From NCBI RefSeq assembly GCF_001194135.2, contig NC_068984.1, positions 24,926,999 to 24,990,998 on the forward strand: DNA of 64,000 bases. The letters are read 5' to 3'. This document shows positions 39,527 to 55,200 of this stretch, piece by piece; position 1 is the stretch's first letter; the number at the start of each line of letters is the position of its first letter. The DNA comes from Octopus bimaculoides (taxonomy: Eukaryota). The notes beneath the pieces were generated by a model that worked only from the letters and a program-made list of their open reading frames with translations, had not been told where the DNA came from and made no database searches. Position numbers and translations under genes: made by a program.

Positions 39527-40746
39527 CAGACACTCAAACATATATATATATATATATGACAGGCTTCTTTCAGTTTCTGCCTACCAAATCCACTCACAAG
39601 GCTTTGGTCAGCCCGAGGCTATAGTAGAAAACACTTGCCTGAGGTGTCACACAGTGGGACTGAACCCAGAACCATGTGGTTGGTAAGCAAGCTACTTTCC
39701 ACACAGCCACTCTGTGCCTATATATATATATATATATAAAATGTTTCTTTGTATTTGTTTTTATAAATTTGTATATATATAATGTTTCTTTGTATTAATT
39801 TTTATATATGTGGTGTAGTCAAAAAGTATCTAAGCTTGATTGTTTTTGCACAAAATAATAATGCTTGAGCAAAAACTGTGTGGGTATTAGGTGGCTGCAT
39901 CCTTCCTGAGCATGCACAAAAACTTTCATTGTGCCAGTCACCCACAATGATGCGTTATGTATAGACATGAAAAGTATGCTGTGCGATTTTTGTTTTAGTC
40001 AAGATGACTGAGCACATTGAGCAAAGATACTGTATCAAATTCTGCCAAAAACTTGGTGATATGCAAGCCCAGACTATCAAGAAGATTCAGAAGACTTTTG
40101 GAGATGATGCTATGTGAAAAACACAAATAAAGCAGTGGTACAACCAGTTCAAAGTTGGCCACACCTCAGTGGACAGTGAGCCATGAATGGGCACCACAAG
40201 GTCAGATAATTAACAAAGAATATTACCTCAGGGTTCTTCATTGCCTTCATGAAGCTATGCAGCAAAAGCAACCTGACCTGTGGGCAGCAAAAAACTGGCA
40301 ACTCCACCATGACAAAGCACCCACTCATTCTGCCCACATTGCCCAAGCATTCCTCATCAAGCAAAATACATCACTTGTTCATCAGGCTTCCTTCTCCCCA
40401 GACTTGGTTCCATGCTACTTTTGGCTATTCCCAAAGCTAAAAAGTACTCAAAGGGAGAAGATTTGAGTCAATAGGGGACATTAAGCAAAATTCGATGACA
40501 CAACTCTACAGCATCCTAAAGTGTGATTTCCAAAAATGTTTCCAGCAGTGGCAGAAGTGTGTAGACTCCCAAAGTGAATACTTTGAAGGAGACTAAATCA
40601 AGACGATGAGTTTTTTTCATATTGCTTGTTTTGGGGTCAAAGGTTGGATACTTTTTGACTACACTTCATATTTGTGTGTATATATATATATATATTTCCT
40701 TGTATTTGCTTTTGCATATTTATGTGCATGTATATGTGTGTATGTA

Positions 40747-40804
<58 letters not shown>

Positions 40805-43800
40805 AAGCAATAGACATGCACACATATATGTACACTTATATACACAGAAAGAGACACACATAAACAGATACACAGATAAACAGATACACCCAATTATACA
40901 TATGTACGGATATGCACTATATAGATATTGAGAAGTCCTTTATGAAATAGTAAAAGGAAAAGAAAATCTCCCCTTTAGAGAAAATGGAAACGGTGGTATC
41001 AGTCAACCAAAATGGGTGAAATATAGTTAAATATTTCCAGACGCTTACCTTGGCTGAAAGATCATCCCGAATCTGCATTTAATAAAAGATAAGAAAATTA
41101 AGATAACAATGTGAAGCATCCTACATAATATTCAATTTATAAATTTGAAAGAACAGAGTGCCATGCATTATTCTGCAATAAAGAACATCACACACACAGA
41201 GTTACTTATATGCTTAAAAATCAAAGATAATTTGTCACTAAAGTAGTATGATACTAATTAGATGATATTTATGATACTGGAAAGAGCCTTGTAGGAAAGC
41301 TCTTGCTACCAAGTCATCTCCAACTTTGAAGCAGCCAGGATTGACACTAATAAAAATAATAGACCCCAGTATAGAGTTGGGTCTAATCTGTCCCCAAATG
41401 GTGGAAACCACTACTACAACAGATCTGCAAATCCTAGGTGGGTCTGAATTCCCACACGAGATGACATGCCAATACATCAAAGAACACTGTATAGCTGTGT
41501 CCTGTTGAATCTTCAGTTTGTCAACGTGACAAGTGAGTCCAATAATGAAACTAAGTACAGAACCATCTAAGAATAAGCTGATGACAATTGGTGACTAAAT
41601 TTATTGAAATAAAGTGTTACTGAAAATATTGAAAAATGATTCAATTCTAATGTTGGAATTAACAGTTATAACATTGTGTTAAAATTATGTTCTAATAGGT
41701 TAATTACCTAATTTTCATGTTCATTAAAAGTGAAACAAACATTGTATTATTTTACTGTATCTTAGAACTTTTCTAATCTATAGTCTTGTGTGTGTGTGTT
41801 TTTTTAAACATAAAAATACTTTTAGCTCATTATCAGAAAAACAATTACTTCTGAAGGTGCATGACTTAGTGGTTGTGAGTTCAATTCCCAATGGTACATA
41901 GTGCCCTTGAGCAAAATACTTTATTTCATGTTGCTGCAGTCCACTCAGCTAGCAAAAATGTGTGGTACCTGTAATTTACTTTGTAAGTTAATAGAATTGG
42001 TAGAATGTGATTAACCTTGTCACATTCTGAGTCTTGCTGAATCATCCTGAGATCTACATTAAGGGTACAGATGTCTGTGGAGTGCTCAGCCATTTGCATG
42101 TTAATTTCACAAGCAGACTGTTCCATTCACCAAACCAATCAGAACCCTCATCGTTGTAAATAATGGAGTTCCAGAAGATTACTATTTCTGAACTATTTAT
42201 CATCAAATGTGTACTGTTTTAGATATTCACATTAATTGTAAAGGAGACAAATGAATCATTTAAGCTATGTTTTAGAAGCATGAGTACAGAACAGATTAAC
42301 TATAACAAACATTTAATATAAATACTAAGTAAGTTTCAATTCAATAGAGAAACCAAAAGATTATTATCAAAATAAGATGTTAATAAGAAAGTTTTATAAA
42401 CAACTTATAGGACATCATGGTAACAGATACCTAATGAGTTATGGACTTAACCTAGCTGCAAGTCTCCTACATCATAAGCATCATTATAGTCTGATTTCCT
42501 TATCTTTCTTTTGAGTCCAAAGAACATTTATGAGAGTAAGACATATATATAACATTCTGCTCTCAGTAAGACATACAGAACATCAGATATCTTGGTTCAT
42601 AAGCCTTGTTCAAAGAATGTGTTTGATGTAATATAATTTTTGTAATTTTCAGTTTTAATGATATTGCTCCATTCCACATATCTGGCAGTTATTACAGAAC
42701 AGAAGGTCATGATGAAACATCTCATCACTTTGGACAAAATTGACTACATAAGAAATATCAGAAAAGAAGCATTAAGCCAACTTCTTTTTTTTTATGCAAT
42801 GTGGCATTATGTCTCATGCTAAAGCTAACTTTAACCCATCCCGGATGATAATTGACTGAAGAATATTAGTTATTGCCAATCTGTCAGTAAAAGAAAACAC
42901 AGTTACCATGTTACCAAGTCTTGTCAATGAGCTAGATTTCATCTCACCCTTTGTTCGCCTTACACCAGTGTTTCAGTGTAAAATATTTTTGGAATTGTCA
43001 TGATACAAGCTACTAGCTACTAGTAGTAGTTCTAATATTCTCTATGAACTATGCCTAACAACCAGCACTTATTTTTCAGGTGCCTTTTGCAGAGACCACT
43101 TTGTGCAAGCATTCAGAACAATTCTCTATACACCTATATTTTTGTAGCATATGTTCAACCTGAACATTAACTATATCAACCATACCGCTCTGGGAGAAAT
43201 CTGCAGAGATCTTGAGTTCTTCTCCTCATTCTCTGTTCAAATTGTAAAAGAAAAAAAGAAAAGAAAAGAAAATGCTCAAACATTCAAGACCAAATAAAAA
43301 TGGTTTATATAAGCTTGTACTTTCTATAGAATGAAGTTCCAGTGAAAGCCTAAAATATTAACTTTAGTTGTTAGATCTCAACCCCCTCTATTAATAGTTG
43401 TTAGTGAGAAATATGTTACAATCTCTGAAAAATAACTTTCAGATTAAACAAAACTGAAAATAAACAGAAATATAACCAATATAGACTTGATAACAACAAT
43501 ATTGTAAAAATTCATTAAATTATTGATAACAAATTCAAAATAAAATGAATATTTTAGATTGGAAAACATTTCTTTATAAATCTAAAATGTAAAACATACT
43601 TTCCTATGTCTACTACCAGCCTGAAATCAATAAACAGAAAAAAAAGAAAGAAAAAAACTACATAAAATATGGAAAGTATGGTATATACATACATTTATGG
43701 AACCTGTGAGAAATTATATTATATATAAATGCACACACACAGAAATTACACAATTGTATGATAGAGCAATATGATAAAAAATGAAAGGGCAACAGACTAC

Positions 43801-46800
43801 AAAGATAGTAAAAAAATGTTTAAATGATCCTCAATGAGAAATAAAAGATTAGTATCGGATCTGTTTTAAAGAAGAGAATTATATAAAATTCATTTGTAAT
43901 TTCTCCACTCTGAAAATTCTAAAGATATTCTGAGATAGTCAGATAAGTTCCCAGATTTTATTCCCAGTTGTAGTTCACTCACTTCATTTACATTATCAAT
44001 GTTTTAAGAATAGTTGAGTTCTACAATCTCTATTTCTTGCTTTCTTGAAAATCCTAAAGGAGGTGCCTGTCACCCAAAGAAATCAAGTGAGAAACATTTA
44101 GTTCCCCATCAGTAGGGGAACTAAATGGCAAGCTACATTACATCTAAAAGTGAACATGATTAAAAATAATATTCAACTCATTCATTTAATGTTACTCCTA
44201 ATTCCTCTGTGTTGTGACAAGAGAAGGAAGAAGTCTACATACACTAAGTGATTGCTAAATCATTATTCACTGATTTCTCACATAAATACTTATTCAAAGG
44301 CATATCTAAAACTGAAGGGAAATAAGATTGTATGGTGTTTCCAAGAGTAATTGAAATAATGAGCAAAGTGAACTAATTGCTCAGAACTGAAACTAGTTTA
44401 TATTCTTGGCTTATTGAAAGCTTACCTCTAGCCTGTAATATTTAACAAACCAGTTAAAATATATTTAAAATTCTCAAATTCCATTAGTAAAATTTTAAAA
44501 AATAACTAACCCTAACCACTCTCTACATTCATTAAACTTAAAACAAGCATGCAGCAGTTTCCATAAGCACAAGCTAATGTGGTCAATATTGGTTTCTTAG
44601 TAACAAAGTCAGTTTTAATAATATAATCAGTAATATTACAAACAACATATATAACTGGAATTTATCTTGCTAGCCCTGCAAAATAAAGGGAAAATAAGCA
44701 AGATTTCATCCCAGAATATAAGTGGATAAAATTAAATACTGTGAAGATTTTCTACAGTTTCTGCAAAATATACTGCAAACTTCAATAATGGAAAAATGAA
44801 AATGCAGTTATCATCGGCAGAATTAGTTGATATGAACTGCTTTGCAGCATTTAGTTTTCTCCAGCTCCATTCTGAATATGAATTGTGCTATTAAATTTTT
44901 CTTCCATCCTTCAAAGGTAAAAAAAAAAAAAAAAAAAAAGGATCCACACAATGCCCTGGAATGAACTGAGTCAACTATATTACTTTCCTACAAACATTGA
45001 CTCCATTCTTAAGAAACCAATATTATAATAATTGTGGCATTATTTAAATTCTTTTCTTGAAAAGCAAAATAAAAAAAAAAACATATATAAAACATGTTTA
45101 ACATCAAGTGATGGCAAAATTTTGAAACAGTAATTTCTGGCACGATTCACACTAAACAGTTTTCATAAATTTTCTTTCTCTTGTAATGACATTATTTTAA
45201 CTGGTTTCAACTAGTTGGCATGGCCGTGCTGGCACATCACATGCTGCATTAACTTTTGAAAAGAAACTTTGATTACTGAAGTCAACAAACAAGGAGTAAA
45301 TAAGAAACATCAAGTTAATTATCTAGGTTACCTCTTTGAAAGCTTCCATAACTACTGGCGTAAGTTTCTGACCACCAGTCAGAGTACGATTGGCATTAAT
45401 ACGGTACCATCCTCTGCCATGGCTCTGACGTTCAGCAAGGGTTGCTGCAGCTAAACGACCAGCGTCTGAATCAGTAATATCTCGTGTACGAGCAAGGTCC
45501 TATAAAAATTCAACAAATAGATAAAACTATACAATCAGTGGAAATAGTTGTTTGAACATGAATGAGTTAAGAAATGGGATTAAACATCAAATTTATCCAA
45601 ATTATGCAAATGTAACAATTGGTTTGAGAATGAGCTGTAATTATGTTACATCTTTCACATTCTTCAATACTAAACCCCACTCAGTTTAGGGCTCTTGTTT
45701 TGTGAGTACTTGGTAACCTCACTAGTGCTGGTGCCACATTTAAAGCACACAATACACTTTGTAAAATGACTGGCATTAGGAAGGGTATCTAGCTATAGAA
45801 ACCATGCCAGAGCAGGTACTGGAGATCAGTGTAGCCTTGTTGGTTTCTATTGGACTATCCATCCTACATCAACATGGTAAAAGGAGCATCAAATGATGCA
45901 AAAAGAAGAAATGCTATTGGTTGAAAGTATAAAATATCAAGAGAGTATGAGATATCAGCAAGCTTTTTACTTCCTTTTTCTTTAACTCTTTTGATACCAA
46001 CCAATCTGCCCAGGGATGCTTCTGGTTCTTTGACATAAAACTGCCTGTTTCAGAATGTTCATATTTAGATTTTAAAATTTCAGTGATTAATTTTATAAAA
46101 AATTCTTTTCTTAAGTAATATTCTTGAAACCAATTCAATGTAGAAGTAAGTGTAAAAGATATTTTACTAAATGCACTAAATTCTTGATTTTGTTTTCAAA
46201 ACTAATTCAAAAGCAAAATTTTAAACTTCTATTTTAGAATATACTGCTTTTCTATTATATTTTATTTTGTCTGATCTCATACATATTAACATTTTTATAC
46301 ATTATTATAAGTGGGATGGTCCTTATAAATTTTACTATGGCATTTGTCTTTACAACAGTTAGACTACAGAGAAATAGAAACTGTCTAGGTTTGCATTACA
46401 GTAACTGTAACAAAATTTTAACTCAACCATTTATGGGATCGGCATATTAACCTTATGGCAATGTTGCTTAGAAAATATTTTGTTTTAAATTTCATTGCAT
46501 GTTTATTCTTACTAATAACTCTTTTTCTGATAATTTTTTTTTTTTTCAAATTTTAGAATTTGGCTTAAGCCATTCCTCGCTGTATTTCTAACAAAAGTTG
46601 CCATCTATGTGTTCCAATTAAATCTGGAAATAATCAAGAAATTGATGGGATTTAAAAAAAAAAAAGTAACTAGTTCCTTTAATTATTAAGCAAGTTTTTG
46701 AAACAAACTTGTGAAATGTGGGAGATATAAATACCTTTAAAAATGGATAGTTTTATATAAAAAAAAAAAGACAAAGAAGCAATCTCAGAAGGGCTGGTAT

Positions 46801-49800
46801 CAAAAAACATTGTAATTATTTTGGAGTGGCTTAGCAGCTTTATAGCATTAAACTGAAATAATTTTTTCTTCTTTGAATAATTAACAGGCTTAAATACTTA
46901 AATTCAACCATAGATTACTTTACAAAAGAGCCAGGTGTTCACTCTTTGCATTTCAATCACTATTGTTTCCCAAAATTTGCTAATTGTTTGAGGTACATAT
47001 AGGGTTGCAAGTAGATACAGATACCTTCAAACCCTCCTATCCTTGACCCAGCAGAATGCCTGGGATGGGACAGCTGAAAGGAGGACTGCATCAGCTCTCA
47101 ACTGAGAACTACTTTCCAGTTGAGTGAGTAGGAGTAACATAAAATGAATTGCTTTGCCCAGGGAAGCAATATGCCACCCAGTCCAGGAATGAAACCCATG
47201 ATCTTATGATCATGAGCCTAACACCCTAACCACTAGGCCACTTGCCTTCACATTATCTTTTAAGATCAATGATATGCTAGAGATAGATGATCAACAGTTT
47301 TAAAGGAAAGAGGATGATGAACACCACCACATCTGTGTATAAGTCTAAACTGAAAAGTCAATGACTAAAGTTTACCGTTTATTTAGCTGAATGTTTTGTA
47401 GTTACTCCCTTTTAGTAAGTTCCTTATTTAACAGATCAACAGATGATTAACTGAACTGTGAGAAACTCACTGGTACGTATAAAGAAAGCATACAATGAGG
47501 GAGGTTATTGCAAAAACACGATGATTCATAAATGAAATGAAATTTATAGCACACACACATACGCAGAGTAGCAAGAGACTGACTCAACCAAAATAGAAAT
47601 ATTAATCTCTATTATGGTATCAAGTACTCTTTCTTCCAAGTCATCATTAAATGGATAATATCATCATCAATATTTAACACCTGCTCTCCATGCTGGCATG
47701 GTTTGGACGGTTTGACATGGAATGGTTAGCAGGGAGCTGTCCAAAATCCAATTGTTTGTTGTAGAATGGTTTCTATGGCTGGATGCCTTTCCTAACACCA
47801 ACCACTTAACAGAGTGTGCTGGGGGATTTTTAGGAGCCACTGGTATAGGTGCACTAATGCAGTACCAGCATGGGTGCTTTTTAAGTGGCACCAGCTCCTG
47901 AAAGAACAAGCCTGAATGTATGGAAGACAGCGATTTTACTTAGTTTGATGTGTCTTTTTAAGTAAAGCAAATCACCACATCTCCCAGTTCCTTGTCATTT
48001 TCTCAGTGAGGCCCAGCATCCAAAGATCCTTTCTCATCACTTCATCCCATGTTTCCTGGGTCTACTCATTTTACAGGTACCCTACACAATTAGAGCTTGG
48101 CACTTCTTTATGCGGCTGTCCTCAACCATATGCATAACACAACCAAACCAGCACAGTTTTCTCTTTCTCACATATGATACAGAGTCCACACACACACACA
48201 TGCATACACAAATGTAAGTAAAAAGTTCTCAATGCATACAATTAATGATAACAACGATTAAAACTGAGGTTTTGCCCCTTTGTTACTGAGTTTCATGTTA
48301 TCATTTTGTAGAAAAGCAGTAACATGAAGCTTGAAGTATTAAGGTTTGTTATTGTATATAATTTTATTATACTAAAACAGACAATAGAGGAAAGAATTTG
48401 GAAGAAACCTACTCTGGCAAGTAAAAACACATTTTCTTCAGTGGATTCGGGTTTGTCCAAAGGTTCTTCTTCTGAGGCCTTTGTTCCTAAAATAAAAATA
48501 ATTTGAAAATAAATGTTTTTGTTGTTAACTTTCTGTTATGTAAAGGTTTAAAATTGGCAATTTATTAAAAATGACAAGTATTATTTCATTAGGATGATGA
48601 TATTTAAGCTTGTCTGACAGTCTTATTTACTTTGTAGCAAAGACTGAATCCAATGTGACATATTAGTTTGCTAAAATATATTCCTGCCATTAGCAGACAT
48701 ATGAAGATATTCGAAGGAAAAAATTTTATTCTTGTGGTATAATCTAAAACAAACAAGATTACACATAGCAATAATAATATTAAAAAAGTAACGTTTCATA
48801 TAAGCAAGTTTCACATTTCATTGGAGTTCTTAAATATAAAAGTTAGGGAAGAATTTCTACCTTTTGCCATCTTTTACTTTTAAAAATAAATTATTTGACT
48901 ACACTGTGTTGAAACTTAACACATTAGAACCTTGCTATTATAAGCAACAACAAAAGCCTTTTAAAAACATCAGCAGCAACACAAGTTTAAAAGACAATAC
49001 ATTACAATATTAATAAACAATTTCATTTACACTTCATTTCTCAGTAAACTAATTAGTTACAGTTACATGCTTGGTGTGATAGTTTATTGGTTCTGATTAT
49101 CAAATGAACTGAAAAAAAATGTTTCAAGTGACAAACACAAATATTAAAAAACAAAAACCATAAATCAATGATACTTTCTAACATTTAACATCCATCAAAC
49201 CTAAAAAAATGTATTAAATCTTCAAAAATTCAGTTGTAAATGTATATTATCTACTGCTTAAAAGGAATAGAGAAACAGTTGAAAATGTAATTTATTTGTT
49301 TAAGGAACTGAAAAATTATATCTGTTTATTGAACAGAGATTCAACCTATAACGAAATATAAATAGCAACAAATTTTTTTGTCTGACCTTAAACATTTAGT
49401 CAAAAAGTGTTGCCACTAAACTGAAGTATTTATTTTAAAATATATTGACCAATGACAGGTTTATAATTACTAACATCTCATCACTTTTAATTCTAATGTA
49501 ACCTTTAATTAATCTTGTAAATTTATAATTATCTTCACATAAGGCCTCTATTGGTTAGAGTTGCCCATCTAATCTACACAGGGATAATTTCTCTCCTGGA
49601 CACAAGCATTTACTCATATAGTAAGTCTTCTTTCCCCCATTCTCTTGACATCATTCAAGGGCTGATATGACTCATTACTAGTGTCATTGCAGCTGAACTC
49701 AAAATATAAAAGAGCCAGGACAGACAGTGCAAAATATTTTGCTCATTGCTCTAATAATTCTATCGTCCCACCACCCTAGGCAGAGACTAAATTATATCAA

Positions 49801-52238
49801 CCTTAGAAAAATTAAATTCAAAGTTCACCTTGGCAGGATATGAACTCATGATATAACGAGTTAGAACAAATATAGCAAGGAATTTTGTCCAATACTTAAA
49901 TGAATCTACTAATACACTATCATCGGTTGTATTTCCATAAACTTTTGAATAGCAAGAGATGCAATTGATTAAATAAAAATTGCCTTTTCATTGTTAAGAA
50001 ATCAGAAAATACAATAATATTTATATAATGTATAAAAATATTATTTTAGAAAATCTGAAATGCACAACTTATATTAAACCCAGGTACCATCTGGAATCAA
50101 AAAACTTGGAACTCAACAAAAATTAATCCAAATCAGATATAGAAATGGACATGGAGGTACAGTGTATACCTATTTTCCCTTTTCAAGTTGTCTTTTCTTT
50201 TTTTATGTCCGTCTACTAATGGAGTCATTTATAATCATTATTAATTACCCTTTATCATATTTCTATTAACTGATATTTATTGAATATGTACGATACTTAT
50301 GCATGTATATTTTATTCTGTTCTCATAACAAAATGCAAAAATACAAATTTATAGTATCCTAATATTTCTGGTATTGCAGAAGTTTTGTGGTCATGAAAAT
50401 TTTGCCTTTAAGTTTGCCTATAATGCAAAACATTTTGTCGTTAACTTACATTCAATATGGAAATCGATGGAAAAAAAAAAGCTTTTTATTACAGAATCAT
50501 GTTAGTGAAAATTTTCCTTGAATGCAATACTTGTATAATGTGGAAATGCCTGCATACTATACTGTAAGAGTGGTTCAATATTGTGGTTGGACATGCAAGA
50601 CTCAGCTGGAGCCAGATTACACAAGTTAGTGTAAATCAATTACCTTCTTGAAATGATAAACAATTTTTAACTTTTATGTTAGATATATTTGCCATAGGAA
50701 AATTTGCAATATTTATTTTCACTGTAACCACTTTTGGCATAATTTTTGCTGTAAGGATTTTTGCTTTCAAGTATTTTTATTGTAATGGTTAAAAAACACA
50801 ATAGTGGCACTTTGTTTAAACTTACTAGTTTGTAGTCTGCTTATTAGAAACAAAGTACTTTGTCAAAAAACAACAAATAAGAATAAGGTAGACTAACCTT
50901 TAACTTGTTTTAATTCTTATACCTAAATATTCAGCGAGTTATAATAACAAGACTACAACAGAAAACATATTTAATATCTGATGAAACACTGTAAGTTAAC
51001 CTTTCAATCAAAAATGTGTAGCCTGGTGAGTTTGTAGGTGCACAGCAACAAATGGACTTATATCAATGATGATAGACAACATTTTGTTTTATTTTTGTAA
51101 ATACAGTATATTACTCTTCAAATATATATTTTGTAAATATATTATTCTTCAATATTTGATTTGCTATCTTATATCAATATATTTTGCAGTCCATATATGT
51201 TTATACTAGATTTCTGACTTTTGCATAAAGTTATAAATTTGTAGAGTGGGGCTTATAGATAATAGTCAACTGGTTCAACCTCAATAAATTACTGGTACTT
51301 ATTTCATGAGATTTGGAGGAGTGAATATGAGTCAACCTTCTAGCAGAACACAAGTGATAAATTTTACCATTTTATTTTAGTGTCTGTATAATTCAAACTT
51401 CAATTGACCTTCATTTAAATTAAGTTAGTAAAAATAATTTGATACATATTGAGATGAGGATGTGATGACTAAGACTAATATAAAACATATCACTTGGTCC
51501 TAAAAAAGGTAAACAACTGAACTATTATTCATGATAATGTGTTTCATTTTCAAGCTAGGTAAGCTAAAGCAAGCAGAATAATTTGTCTAATTGCAGGTTA
51601 TAACTCAGCTGATAGTTAAATGGCTTATGCCCATCAGCAACTCAGCTGTTAAACTGCTTATACCCATCACTTTATATATATATATTATTATTATTTACAG
51701 AAGTATAGAAACTGACACAACTTACCAAATGATTGTGTGTGTGTGTGTATATGTGTATGTGTGTGGATGGGTGAAAGTCTCCGCATAATTTAAATAAGGA
51801 AGAAATGCATCAAAATGATGCTTAAACATGGGAATCACAAATTCATATAAAAAAAAAAAATTGTCTAATCTGATTAATTATAAATTCATTTGAACTGAAA
51901 TGCATATGTGGTTTGTAAACTATGAATAATTATTAGAAGTAAATAATATGGAAAATCTATTTTTACAAATAAAAACTTCTAAAAGTTAATGGCTACCAAG
52001 AAATCCACATCTAGGATTAATAAGTAACTGCCCAATCAGTCTGCAAATATTTTTTCTTTTTGGTATAAAAAGTAGTAAAAATTATTATAACATAGTTTGG
52101 TAACCTGTGTTTATTTTCAACCATTGTTGACTGGGAGAAATAGGTATCAGTAATATACTCAGTTGAACCAACTTGGCTATTATAGTATCACAGTGTTAAT
52201 AAAAATGCTTTACTCAACAGAAAGATATTTTTTATTTT

Positions 52239-52284
<46 letters not shown>

Positions 52285-55200
52285 ACTCTAGATATTTAAC
52301 AATATAAATGAAAAAATCTTAGACACAAATATTGGTAAAAACGTTAAGAGATAAATCATATCACAATGAGAAGCTTAACTTAATTTTCTGGTGTAATACC
52401 AAAATATCTGGTGCTATCTAGACTTCCATTATATCATACACCTAAACCTTTTTCTATCAAGAAAGTCTATAAGTGCAATGACCCTTACTTATTCTTTAGT
52501 AGATTACAATAATTGAAAGGTACAACATAAAATTTTATATAATGAAATGTAATTTTATAAAATATAATTGCTTCTTTGAGGTTCATAAGAGCTAGTTATT
52601 GAACCTGAACAAATGTAAATGTATTTTTTTTAATCTTATTTTTACTGTAGTATAAAACAGGAACAGTAGAAAGCCAATATTCAACATTCTTATAAATGTT
52701 TCTCTCACCCACACAAACATATTAATTACACACTATTAATTACATAATATCAAGTGTGACTGTGTGCAAGAAGTTTGAGTTGAAGATAATTTCTTCCTTT
52801 TTTTTTTTTTTTTTCTCACTCTCTCACACAAACAAATATTTAAAGCAGTTAAGCACAATTGGAAAAAGCATGCAAGCTGGACATGATGGAAGTTTTTTTA
52901 AAGCTTTGTGTAACAAATGATATTAGTAGTTATAAAATTTTTTTTAAAAATATTCTGGAAAGAAAACACCTTTGTATAGACTAGCTAAAACTTGGTGTTC
53001 ATCTATAATGGTTAGAAGCAAAATGCTTACCTTTGCCAAGCTGTTTATCTGAAGCAACAGAATTTATAGAGAAAAAAAACAAAAGAAACAGAAATGTTAA
53101 GAGAGAAACAGTACATAGAGAAAGAGTAACAGTTTAGTAAGGTTGACTGTAGTAGGTAAACAAGCAACTTTCTTCTTGATACATTTCAATATTGATCCAT
53201 TCAGTATCTACAATGCTAATTTTGGTGAAGTTAAACCCTTTGCCTTTCCAAACCATTTCCATAAATTTGTCCTAAACAGCCATGCTTCTTTTCAGACTTC
53301 TAGTTATCCTTTGTTTTATATGTTCTTAGTAATACATAAATCCCAAGTTACTCTAGCGGTTGAAAGAAATTAGGAATTCATATCATATATAATGCATGGT
53401 TGCCAGGAAAATATGCCCTGTGTATCATATGTGATACAACAGACAGGCAAAATGTTAAGAAGAAAATTCAGGTAAAAGCTGTTAAGAACAATTGAGAATG
53501 AGCATCGACAATAGATTTATGGGGGATGATTTTAGTTAGAGTTATATGGACATATCCAGAGGTTTCAAAGAATAATTTCAAATATGTCATCTAAACTAAG
53601 AGAAAGAAAGTCTTGAGAATTTGTTAAAAAGTCAGAAAGATCAATTTATAAAGATATATCAAAAGGTGATAAGAACTGTTACAAATAGTGAGTTAAATTG
53701 AAAGAGTATTAACTGCTAGCAGAAGTTTAGAAAAAAAAAAAAACCTAAAATAAAAAATAAAAAGTTTAACTAAATATATATAACAAAGCTAAGGGAATGT
53801 ACTGCAGTTAGATAAATGATGAAACAATACAAGAACAATTTTGAAAAATCCTTAAGGTAAAGATAATACTGTTCTTCGTGATAGAAATTTTAAGAATTAA
53901 GTGGTTGCCTTACTACCGTTCTCATCAAAAATATTGTATTTTAAATAGTTTGATTTGAATACTCTAGATATGAGCATGAGAGATCAAGTTAGAAAACAAA
54001 CCACTTGTTCCAAGACAGATTTAGAAAAGAAAACTTAAGGTAGAAGAAAAAATGGAGAAATATTTAGGAAACTGAAATCCAATTTAACATGGAATATAAA
54101 AAATAAATTTTGGATATCTGACAGGAAAATTGAACCCTTTTAGATGTTCCATGTTCTTCTATTACATTTCAGCTCTCATATGAAAGAAAGGTTAGTAATA
54201 TAGAGATATGTAAAGAAAAATCTAGTGAAAGGTTTTGAGAAGAGAGTTAATGGAGTCCACATTGTCAAATAGCTAGAGAGAAAGTGAATGAAAAGAAATT
54301 ATTTCACTACAAATGAAAACAAAATAATTGAAAGAAGAAGCAATTTAGAGAGACAGTAAACAGTGATAAATTGTGAGAAAAGCTTCAGTAATGAAGAGAT
54401 AGCTTTACAAGTGTTTGAGCAAAATAAAAAAGAAATATATATATATATATAAATAGCTGGAAAATGCAGATAGAACTGTAAGATAGAGAAATCTGCTATT
54501 AAGCAAAGCTTCATTCACTTTTAAAATCTCACATGTGTCTCTCAAGAAGAAAACATCTTCAGGTACTTATAACTTTCAGAAAGTTTAAACCATCAAAATT
54601 AGAAATATACCATAATTATTTTCATGCTTTCAATGCTGAATGATGGCACTTCAAAGTTTTGATGATTTCACTAAACAGTTATGAAATTCATAAGTTTTTC
54701 TTTCTTTTTCTTTTTCGTTTCATTGGCACTCAATAATACATTAAAAGCAAGTGAATTATTAAAAATATAGTCCACTGTGGTCCTTTTTTTCAACACAATC
54801 CACTAAAGTGCCACCTCGAGTAAAGCAAACAAAAGAAAGTGCCTTGTTACTATAAGATACAACACAATGACCAATATGTTGACTATTTATTTAGCATTTA
54901 TGCCTTATTCCTAATAATTAGACAAAACTACATCCAATACCAAATATAAGCTTCTTCAACAAAGAAAATTGGCCTTTTCAAATTTGTTCATAAGCTGAAA
55001 AAAAACAAACTTTAAGTGGAATATCAAGTAATTGTGCTTAGACTGGAATGGCTTTTGATAATCTAATTTTTTTTCAGGCAGTATATATAGAAGTATAGTA
55101 TTCAATCTGTCCTTTTAAGTAATGATATTTGAGTGAAGTTTGACTGCTATTTCTAGCAGGCACAGTCAATGTGTAGAGGTTCCCTTGGCTTATAGCTAAT

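Noticed and set aside
42650-42745. Plus-strand acceptor followed by [29 protein letters not shown]
   Set aside because: No recognisable homology or partner exons for a nested gene.
44426-44432. 7-nt segment acag|GCTAGAG|gtaagc, which could restore frame with a 5-nt short form of m4 (giving ARAK)
   Set aside because: Breaks frame alone, has a weak pyrimidine tract and needs a coupled second event. Unsupported without reads.
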